From positions 112,170,318 to 112,234,317 of the forward strand of contig JASCQW010000001.1 in NCBI GenBank assembly GCA_030264375.1: a stretch of 64,000 bases of DNA. Direction: 5' to 3'. The stretch is from Carcharhinus longimanus. Taxonomy: Eukaryota. Positions 54,737 through 64,000 of this stretch are shown here, piece by piece. The notes beneath the pieces are model-generated. The model worked only from the letters and a program-made list of their open reading frames with translations. It searched no databases and was not told the DNA's origin. Position numbers and translations under genes: made by a program. The first letter of the stretch is position 1, and the number at the start of each line of letters is the position of its first letter.

Positions 54737-56918
54737 CAATTAGCAGCTCTTGAGATTGCAGGTAGAGATCCCCCAGTATGTAGAAGCAGTTTTTGGAAGC
54801 CAACCTACATCGTGTTGGTAGACACTGGGGCATCTATATCGACAACACATTTAAACTTGCCAACAACTGATCAGACCATACAGTTGCAAGAAATAACTGG
54901 GAGAATTAAGACCACGTTATTGAGTGAACTTACTACATTGGAGATTGAGGGTAAAGGGGTCCAGATTTGGATATGTTCAACAGAGGAAGGAAGTATTTTA
55001 GGGATAGACCTGTTCGAACAATTGGGGGCTATAATCGATACCAAGGCAGGTAACGTAAGGTGGCATACGTTGTACAACTGAAATCGATGGGGTGAGAAGA
55101 AAGGTTGCAATACCTCTAGAATAGGGACACTCTGACAAAATTGGGAGAATGGAACAATATAAGGAAATTTGGCTGCACAGTATCCTCAGGCTTGGTCCGA
55201 ACACAAACATGATTGTGGGTATTTAGATGTCCCTCCGATAGCAATTCCCGGAAATGTTCATTGTCCACGTAGACAATACCTCTCAAACTAGAAGCAATGG
55301 AAGCAGTTAAAAAGGTCATTTCAGATTTAGAAAAGCAACAAATAGTAACCAAGATCTCTTTGGAGACTAATTCACCTGTTTGGCCAGTAAGAAAGCCAGA
55401 TGGCAGCTATCGATTAACTATCAATTACACAGCTTTGAATCGCTCTGTGACTCGAGAGCATTCCAAAGTGGTGAATCCAGCTAGCATCCTGAACACCACT
55501 GAATAGAACAGATGATACTTAGAATGCTAGACATAGCTAATGGATTTTGGTCAATTCCTATAACTGAGGAACATCAATATAAGTTTGGAATAACATCAGG
55601 AATCAGCAATGAAGTTGGACCTATCTGCCACAATGATTCCATAACAGTCCAGCGATTTTCCACAAATGCCTGGCACAGGTAATAGAGCCTTTAGAATGCA
55701 GAGGAACAACCATTTTGCGGTATGTGGGTGACATTTTGATAGCAACGAAAGGATAGAATGGGGAGAGAAGGAAGCACAGGCTTTCTCTGATTTAACGCAA
55801 GTTATGTTAAAAGCTCTCCCATTAGGATTATCAGATCTCACTAATCCATTTCACATTTTTTTGTCAGGAAAATGATGGAATGCAAGCTGCAGTGGTGACC
55901 AACAACCTGGAGACAGGTTAAATAAGACTAGTGGGGTACTACTCCATCCAGCTAGATTTAGTTGCTAGAGGTACGCATCAATGTGTGAGAGCACTAGCCA
56001 TGCCTCATGAGCAATAAGTGGTTCAGAGCCACTTACCCTGATGGGAAAAATAATTCTCCACAGTCCTCACTCAATTGTCCAGCTTGTAGAAGCTGGAAAA
56101 TTAAAAGGAGTTTCTGATGGAAGATGTTCAAAATGGGAAGCAAATCTCTTGCCAGTAGACAGGCGTGTAGAAATCAGCAGAGATGTAAGGGAAAATTCTG
56201 CAGGAGGATTGACAGTATGAGGAACAGAGCACGAATGAGTTGCAGAAATGAATTAGGGAGCAAGTGAAGGTTTAGCAGAAGAACCGCTCACAGATGAAGA
56301 GGTGATTAACCTATATGTGGACAGAGCTAGAAAATATGTTAATGGTAAACCCCGCACTACATGGGCAGTGGCAAATGATGAAGGAACAGTGATTTGCAGG
56401 AGAACAAATCCCAGGGAGTAATTCAGCACAAGTAGCAGCAGCTTTAACTAAAATTGTAGCATGGAGCATCGGAAAACGAGTTAACATTTATACAGACAGC
56501 CGACATGCTTTTGGGGTAATTCATGACCATGTGACAGCTTGGAGCAGGCGAGGTTTCATTCCATCAAGCAGTGGACATGTACAGCGTGAGAATTTGGTTA
56601 ATGATTGAATCCAAGCCGCCTGTAATCCCTTAGAAGCAGCTATAATCAAAGTGCAGGCGCACAAGAAAATTAAGAGTCAAGCACAGAAGGGAAGCAGTCA
56701 AGTTGACAAAACAAGATTTATTAGAACAGAATTGGAAAGGGACAAAAACAGATGTGGCAGCATTACAAGTTAATGATATCACAGATATTAATGTGAAGCA
56801 AGTACAGGAACAAGTGTCAGAGGAAGATGGCGTACGAAGAAAAAGGAAAATAATAGCATCAGAAGCAATACAGCAAACCTTGTTAAAAGTATAGCATGGA
56901 TTAGCTCGTACAAGTAGA
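54737..56918 (+). pseudogene. pol: Retroviral pol copy A: protease, RT (internally deleted), tether, RNase H, start of IN
   Basis: LVDTGAS, ILGIDL, NSPVWPVRKPDGSYRLTINY, LDIANGFWSIP, LPQ*FHNSPAIFH, YVGDILI, VGYYSIQLDLVARG, NLYVD, NIYTDSRHAFGVIHD. Confidence 0.92.
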
Positions 56919-57165
56919 ACAAAGAACAAAGAACAAAGAACAACCCAGCACGGGAAACAGGCCCTTCGGCCCAACAAGCCCGCGCCGCCACNNNNNNNNN
57001 NNNNNNNNNNNNNNNNNNNNNNNNNNNNNNNNNNNNNNNNNNNNNNNNNNNNNNNNNNNNNNNNNNNNNNNNNNNNNNNNNNNNNNNNNNNTGCACCTGC
57101 AGGCTGGGTTTTTGCGACTCATGCACAAGGACCCCGAGGTCCCTCTGCACCGTCGCCTGCTGCAG
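56919..57165 (-). mobile_element. CR1 3' portion spanning a gap
   Basis: (agaacaa)n tail, gggccgaagggcctgttt, and QRDLGVLVHESQK after the gap. Confidence 0.85.
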
Positions 57166-57378
57166 TTAGGAATCAGCAATACACTTGGATTCATCTGCCA
57201 TAGGGATTCCATAACAGTCAGCGATTTTTCACAATACATGGCACAGATAATAGAACCTTGAGACTATGCAGGAACTATCATCTTGTACTATGTGGATGAC
57301 ATTTTGATAGCATCAATAACACATTGCTGTGCCGTACACAGAGCGATTCAAGCAATTCACAAAGCTGGTCTTATGCTA

Positions 57379-57471
57379 CATGATGCCGGCGTCGGACTGG
57401 GGCAAACACAATAAGAAGTCTCACAACACCAAAACTGGTTGGACTTTAACCTGGTGTTGTGAGACTTCTTA
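57379..57471. mobile_element. Short Penelope-like insertion with an internal hairpin
   Basis: 8-bp TSD TTATGCTA (57371-57378, 57472-57479); removing it restores the RT frame KAGLMLNPSTAQLGQEQVTYLGH. Confidence 0.8.
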
Positions 57472-58592
57472 TTATGCTAAATCCTAGCACAGCACAGTTG
57501 GGGCAGGAACAGGTGACGTACCTGGGACATGTTATATCCCGAGGTTAAAAAACAGATTCCAGAAGATCGAAAGAAAGCTATGCTTTGTTTGCAAACACCA
57601 CTTGCGGCACAAGGGGCGAGACAAGAGTTAGGACTTTTTAATTATTACAGGAATTTTGTGGAAAATTATGCAGTGTTGGCAAAACTCTTCTGGATTTGAT
57701 TAAAGGAGGAAGGATGCAATGAAAAAATAGAATGGGGAAAGGAGGAAGCAAGGCTTTCTTCAATTTAGAACAAGCTATGGTAAAAGCCCCTGCATTAGGA
57801 CTATGGGATTTTACTAAATATTTCACATTTTCTGCCAAGAGTATGATGGTGGTAGCCCAACAACATGGGCACAGATTAAGACTGGTAGGGTATTACTCTG
57901 CCCAACTAGATTTAGTTGCCAGGGGTATGCATCGATGTGTGAGAGCACTCGCATTGCCTCATGGGCAGTAAGTGTTTCAGAGTCACTCATCCTGATGAGA
58001 AAAATAATTCTCCACAGTCCTCACACAATTGTCCAGCTTTTAGAAGCCGGGAGATTGAAAGGACGGAAGATGTTCAAAATGGGAAGCAAATCTCTTGCCG
58101 GGGAACAGGCATCAGCAGAGATGTAAGGGAAAACCCTGCAGGAGGATTGAGAGTGCAAGGAACAGAGCATGACTGTGTTACAGGCGCGAACGAGGGAGAA
58201 AGTGAAGGTTTAGCAGAAGAACCACTCAAGGTGATTAACCTATGAGTAGATGGAGCTAGAAAATATATAAAGGGAGAACACCACATTGCATGATAAATGA
58301 TGACGGAGCAGTGATTACAGGAAAATAAATCAGAGGGAGTAATTCAGTACAAGTAGCAGAGTTGTTATCTTTAACGAAAACTTTAGAATGGAGCAAAGGG
58401 AAATGAGTTAACACTTAGACAGACAGTAGATATGCTTTTGGGGTAATGCATGAATAAAAAGCTTGGACAGACGTGGTTTCAATACATCAAGCGGGGGTCA
58501 CGTACAGCATGGGAATTATATTACAAATCTAACCCAAGCGATTATATTACAAATCTAACCCTAATCAAAGTGCAGGCTCGTAACAAGATTAA

Positions 58593-58706
58593 GGCCAGAA
58601 TTTTATCAGCGTGCTGAGGGTGGGCAAGGCTCATGGAATGGCATCCTCCATTGGCCTCAGGCGGGATCTTACGAGCCTCATGGGGCAAGGTGGTAAAATT
58701 CTCAGA
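58593..58706. mobile_element. PIF/Harbinger-type MITE
   Basis: Absent from copy A; TAA duplicated on both sides; ends ggccagaatttta / taaaattctcaga. Confidence 0.7.
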
Positions 58707-59426
58707 TAAGAGTCAAGCACAGAAGGGAAATAGTTAACCTAACAAAACGGCAAAATGTTCATTAATACAAAATTTGAAAGGAACTCAAACAGCAAGTGCG
58801 GTCGTATTACAAGTTCGTGACGTTACAGACATTAATGTGAAGCAAGTACAGGAACAAGTGTCAGAGGAAGAGAAGCAGAAGTGGGTAAAAGAAGAGGGAC
58901 AAAAAGATGGTGAATGGAGAAGAGGAGAGAAAATAATAGCACCAGAAACAAACTTTGTTAAAAGTACACAATGGATTAGCTCATACAAGCAGAGATGAAA
59001 TGGTCAGCTTAGTTGGAAATCGTTGGTGCTGGAAAGGTGTGGGAGGAGGCATAGCAAATTTTTGTTAGAGGCTGCACAGTGTGCCTTGGTGGAATTAGGA
59101 CGTCACCACAGGGTTAAGATGTGGTCCCAAAGGACCAGGGGAATATTTGCTGATGGATTTCACAGGACAACCATTTGGAGTAAAAGGGAGGATTTATTGT
59201 TTAGTAATTATTGGTCAGCTTGCTCGATGGGTTGAAGTATTCCCATGTAAGTATGCCACAGCCAAAACTGTAGCTTTGATATTGGTGAATGAAATAATAC
59301 GAAGGTGGGGAACGCCTCTTCAGATAGACTTAAGACCAGGGATCTCACTTCACAGGAAGAGTTTTAAGAGAAGGCTGTAGAATGTTAGGGATGCCATATC
59401 ACCCAGAGGGCTCAGAAACGGTAGAA

Positions 59427-59694
59427 GACCAGTGCCCCACAAGGCTGTGTCCTCAGCCCTTTAATATACACTTTATACACTGACGACAGCATGGCCAAAT
59501 TCCTCTCCAACTCGATTTTCAAGTTTGCTGATGACACCATCGTAGTGGGTTGGACCTCAAGCAATGACAAGACAGAGTACAGGAACGAGGTAGAGAGTCT
59601 GGTGAACTGGTGTGATGACAATAATCTCTCCCTCAATGTCAACAAAATGAAGGAGATAGTCATCGACTTCAGGAAGTGTAGTGGAGGACATGCC
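59427..59694 (+). mobile_element. Rex1-like LINE RT fragment
   Basis: Open frame APQGCVLSPLIYTLYTDD..KFADDTIVVG..WCDDNNLSLNVNKMKEIVIDFRK. Confidence 0.85.
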
Positions 59695-59793
59695 NNNNNN
59701 NNNNNNNNNNNNNNNNNNNNNNNNNNNNNNNNNNNNNNNNNNNNNNNNNNNNNNNNNNNNNNNNNNNNNNNNNNNNNNNNNNNNNNNNNNNNN

Positions 59794-59921
59794 NGAAGTA
59801 CTAGGCCACTCCCGGAACCTCCAAGAGCAGCCCACGCACGACCCACCGTGTGCATGCCCCTCGTTTCACAATGAGGTGGACCTCCACCTGCGGAATAAAA
59901 GACAAAAACGTTAATCACATT
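59794..59921 (-). mobile_element. Probable CR1 5' region / start of ORF1
   Basis: Minus strand SCVGCSWRFREWPS resembles the CxxC..W..RE start of CR1 ORF1; bounded by the GTAGA repeat at 59922-59926. Confidence 0.5.
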
Positions 59922-60870
59922 GTAGAGATACAATGGTCAAATTAGTTGGAATTTGGTGGTGGAAAGGTATGGGAGAAATGATAGCAAAATTCTGTCAGAA
60001 ATGTTTACAGTGCACGTTAGTGGAACCAGATCATCACTGCAAGGTTAAGATGGGGAACCAGCTGAGACCCAAAGGACCATGGGAATATCTGCAGATGGAT
60101 TTTACGGGACCATCACCTAGAGCAAAAGGGAAGACTTATTGGTTAGTAATTATTGATCGGTTCAACGATTGTTGAAGCATTCCTACGTAACAGCCAAAAC
60201 TGTAGCTTTGATGTTGGTGAATGAAATAATACCTAGGTGCTGAATGCCCCTTCAGTTTGACTCAGGCCAAGAAACTCATTTTACAGGAAGAGTTTTAAGA
60301 GAAGTCTGCAGAATGTTAGGGATAAGACAAAAATTTCACATACCATATCACCCACAGAGCTTAGGCATGGTAGAACGAATGAATTAAACACTGAAGAATA
60401 GTTTAACCAGGGCCATTTTAGAGGAAGGAAACAATTGGGTACAGGCTTTGCCTGCAATATTGTTATGACAGAGAGCTACACCATCCTGAGGAATAGGATG
60501 AACCCATTTTGAATTGATGACTGGTAGGTCAATGTGCCTCCCTAAGGATGTAATAACAGGGGGAGGAGAACTTGAAGTTGGCCGAGAAGCAGTGTGTCAG
60601 TGTACGAGAGATTTAGTAGACCATTTACATATTCTCAAAAATTAGGTAATCATTCAACAGCCACATGGAGATTGGATCAAATTGGCAGTGGAGTACATTC
60701 CTAAATTACCTACACCAGGGGATAATGTAATGGTGAAACTCATGATAGATAAAAAAGAGCTAGGGATCAGATGGGAGAGGCCATTTAGCATGATGGTGAC
60801 AGGACAAATGTACCCTAATTGATGAGTAGTACAGTCCACGATAGCGACCTTAAACACAGCTGAAACCATA
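59922..60870 (+). pseudogene. pol: Retroviral integrase, continuation of copy A
   Basis: CQKCLQC, GPWEYLQMDFTG, LVIIDRF, THFTG, FHIPYHPQSLGMVERMN*TLK, WVQALPAIL, FELMTGR, RWERPF. Confidence 0.9.
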
Positions 60871-61599
60871 CCCCAGTAATAACAAAATTGACCCAGAGGG
60901 TGGATAATCTTGTAGAATAGGGGATCATCACAGCTTTTATAGTCACATTACTGATAACAGGGATAATTTGGATTTGCAGATGATTTATTAGATTGGGCCA
61001 GATTATGATGCTTGGATAATAGAGGAAATTGAAATGATTTAGTTAATGTGATACTAACTCAAGTGCTGCTGGGCACTTTAAGTTTACAGCATATCTGATA
61101 TACAATTTGTGAGATCTGAGAAATTTCAGGTAGATTCCCCCAGAAGTGGCGCTGTGGGTAAAGTTCCACACAGTTAACCAAAGGAAGATGTGAATACCGT
61201 CAGCTAANNNNNNNNNNNNNNNNNNNNNNNNNNNNNNNNNNNNNNNNNNNNNNNNNNNNNNNNNNNNNNNNNNNNNNNNNNNNNNNNNNNNNNNNNNNNN
61301 NNNNNNNGTTGTGAATACGGTCAGCTAAAACAGTACAAGTTGGTTTTGGGTTTGGGATGGGTGGGGTGGGTATGGGACTGGGGGTGGTCTATTGGTATCA
61401 TTTAGTAGCTAGATGTCAAAAAGAGGGTGAAGAGGATCAGCACCAGAGGCTGCAGAAGAGTATTTGAATTTGGGAGCTGGATCCTTAGGGAAAGGAAATG
61501 AAGACATCAGGAGTCTAAAGGGATGAGAGCAGCAGCAGCAGTTGGGATGTTGCGCCACACCAGTCTTTTGGAAAATGATCTTGAGACTTGGTTGATTGA

Positions 61600-62510
61600 C
61601 TTTTACCCCCTCCTATTTTTCACCTGCATGCTACCTCAGTGACATTATCTGAAAATAATCTGTTTCTACATGTATGCTGGGACACCCAGCTCTACTTCAC
61701 TGCCATCTCTCTCAGTCCCTCCATTGTCTCTAATTTTATAAGGCTGCTTGTCAGGCATTCAGTTCTGGATGAGCAGAAATTTCCTTCAGCTAATTATTGG
61801 CAAGACTGAAACCATTGTTTTTAGTTCCACTGCACTGTGTTCCATAGCTATCAACCCCATCTATCTTTCTGCCAACTTTGAGGCCATACTGGACTGTCTG
61901 CAACGTTGGTATCAAATTATGCCCTAAGATAGCTTCTGACACATCTCTGCATTCTGCCTATTTCCACCTTTGTATAAATGCCAACTGCACCCTGTCTCAA
62001 AAGGAAAAACCCTGGGTGATACCACCAGACCAACCCCTGCTCACTTCACCCCCAGCCCCACACCAAACCCAAGACCATCGTGTACTTGCTTGAAATCTGA
62101 AATAAAACAGAAAATGCTGGAAAGAATCAGCAATTCTGGCAGCAGATGTGGAGAAATTAACACTTAACATTTCAGGTCAAGATTCCATTAACTCTGTCTC
62201 TCTGTCTGTGCACTTGTGGAGTATTTGCAGCACATTCTATTTTTATTCTCCCCTTACTCAGCTCTTCTTCTGCTGAAACTCTTATCCATGCCTTTGTTGC
62301 CTGTAGCCATGACTATTTTAACGCCCTCCCGTCTGGCCTCCCACATTCTAACTTCCATAAACTTGAAGTCATCAAAAACTCAGCCACCCATGTCCAATCT
62401 TGCATCAAATCCTGTTCACCTATCACTCTTGTGCTCACTGAACTACATTGGCTCCCAGTTAAGGAATATCCTACTTTTAAAATTCTTATCCTTGTTTTCA
62501 AATTCCTCCA
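61600..62510 (+). mobile_element. L2 LINE RT/C-terminal relic with a nested Penelope-like fold-back (about 62085-62250)
   Basis: YMYAG-TQLY (decayed YADDTQLY), gcaagactgaaaccattgtttt, actacattggctcccagt. Confidence 0.7.
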
Positions 62511-62519
62511 TACTTGACT

Positions 62520-63150
62520 GGGAGTTTGGATATGAGCAGCTGAGCTTTGGGCGACCTCAAGTTCATGAAGGGTAGAACGTTGAAGAGCAGGGAGGAGTGG
62601 ATCGAAGTAGTCAAGTCTGGAGGTTACAAAGTCATGGATGAGAGTTGTAGCAGCAGATGAGGTGAGGTAGGGTGGAGTTGGACAGTGTTACTAGCAAGCT
62701 TGGTGATGGTACAAAGCTCCTCCTAGGTTAAGTATAGCACTGAGATTACATACAGTCTTGTTTAGTCTCAGCCAGGCAGAGGAATGGAGTCGGTGGCTAG
62801 CGAATACAGTTTTGTAATGGGTACTGAAGGCAATATCTCCACTCCTCATGATATTTAATTGGGGGGAATTTCTGACTGTCCAGTACTGAATGCCAGTCTG
62901 CTAATTTAGAGACAGTGGAGGAATTGACAGAGATGGTGGCGTGCTGCATCACATCAGTGTACATGTAATGACTGAGCTGTGTTGGAGCTTGTGGGTGAGA
63001 AATAGAGAGGATGCATCCTTGGGGGAACAGTGCAGCAGCGGGGAAAGAGGCTATTGCAAATGATACAATGGCGATGATTAGACAGTGAAGAATGAAACCG
63101 GATTAATGCCATCCCTCCTAGCTGGATCATAGTGGAGAGGGGTGATGTTG
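62520..63150 (-). mobile_element. Old L2-like relic in the opposite orientation
   Basis: agtcaagtctggaggttacaaagtcatggatgagagtt..agcagcagatgag is the reverse complement of the motif at about 62260-62315. Confidence 0.5.
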
Positions 63151-64000
63151 GCAAATTTGAAGAAGAGAAGAACTGACCCTGAGAGAGAGAACAATTTCAG
63201 CTAACATGGAAGCCAGGAGTTGAAGTTGGTTGGTCAGCATCTTAGTGAGCTGGGTTGCAGGAGGTGGAACACCTGGTTGAGATAAGCTACAAGACAGCAT
63301 ATGAAGGGAGATAGGAGAGAGATTGGAGAAAATAAAGTTCAGGGTTAGAAAAAAGTTAAACGTTAGAGGAAGTTTGGCCTGGTGCAGTAAAAAAAATGAA
63401 GGGAAGTCAGCTGATCAGCATTTCATCCTTAATGGCGAAGCAGTCTACAAGTTCCTTGCATTTCTACTTGAAGATTAGGGTAAAGGAGATGGGGAGAGGA
63501 GTCTAAGATGGCAATTTACTGTAGGTGAAACAAGCCATCTTAAATGTGGAAAATATACCTCCTGTAAATTACATCCTGAAGTCTTGTCTTGTTATAAAGG
63601 AGTTTGGTGAATTAAATTGTTATATCAAAATCATTGCCCCATCATCGTGGGACCAACCTTTGGAGATTCAGCGGCACCCACCAAATGTCCATTGACTTTC
63701 AGTGGGACTGGACAATCCTGGAAGTGGGAGTGGCTGGAATATCATGCTCTGTGATTTTACTGATCGGTGTTAGGGTTTTTGAGGCCAACTATATAGTTCA
63801 CTGCTGTCTGACACATCAAAAATAGTCTTCCATATTCCAGGCTAACTCTTGTGTCTCTAACTTTGACCATTTCTTAACCAACATTAAATAACCTCAAAGG
63901 CATGATTGGCATTAAAATACTTGTTTGTATTGAACAGTTGGTGAAAACACTTGTGTATGTTTCTGAAAGAGTAACAAAAGGGGGAGCACTTCAAACTGTG

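Larger units (their letters stand above)
57168..59425 (+). pseudogene. pol: Second, diverged pol copy B: RT to integrase core
   Basis: NQQYTWIHLP*GFHNS, YYVDDILIAS, QVTYLGHVIS, APALGL, VGYYSAQLDLVARG, QVAEL, TDSRYAFGVMH, MDFTG..WVEVFP..IIRRWGTPLQID. It parallels 55599-56918 and 59922-60375. Confidence 0.9.
52120..61560 (+). mobile_element. Decayed endogenous retrovirus (ERV4/lokiretrovirus/snakehead-like), 3' LTR not seen
   Basis: Order is LTR-like region, PBS, gag with CCHC relics, PR, RT, tether, RNase H, IN. Both outer limits are approximate and the lineage call is from motif recall. Confidence 0.85.

Noticed and set aside
54737-60870. Classification as a true foamy virus or a Gypsy element
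   Set aside because: Zinc-knuckle relics and a Ser-like PBS do not fit foamy viruses; tether plus a second RNase H and the integrase style fit retroviruses rather than Gypsy.

Overview
Eukaryotic, AT-rich, repeat-dense DNA from a gapped assembly. The repeat set (HE1-like V-SINEs, CR1, L2, Rex1 and Penelope relics) points to a cartilaginous fish (shark). The whole window appears to lie inside one host gene. A single 60-bp plus-strand exon at 49417-49476 encodes (D)[19 protein letters not shown](V), exon 3 of a CaM kinase II gene, most likely camk2d given the very long flanking introns; I recognised no other exon. The main accessory feature is a decayed, sense-oriented endogenous retrovirus (about 52.1-61.5 kb). 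It has a tRNA-Ser-like PBS, a splice donor, a gag with zinc knuckles, a TGA-CAATTA gag/pol junction, a foamy-like YVDD RT, tether, RNase H and integrase, and no 3' LTR. It best fits the ERV4/lokiretrovirus/snakehead-like deep lineages. Its pol is split by a CR1 insertion with a 5-bp TSD that encloses a second, diverged pol copy, possibly a scaffolding misjoin. Also present: a pogo transposase relic, 13 V-SINEs with two different tails, Penelope fold-backs with decayed hammerhead motifs, a long-TIR element, Harbinger-type MITEs and several hairpins. Most ORFs in the supplied track are spurious. Repeat boundaries were read by eye and are approximate unless a TSD is quoted.
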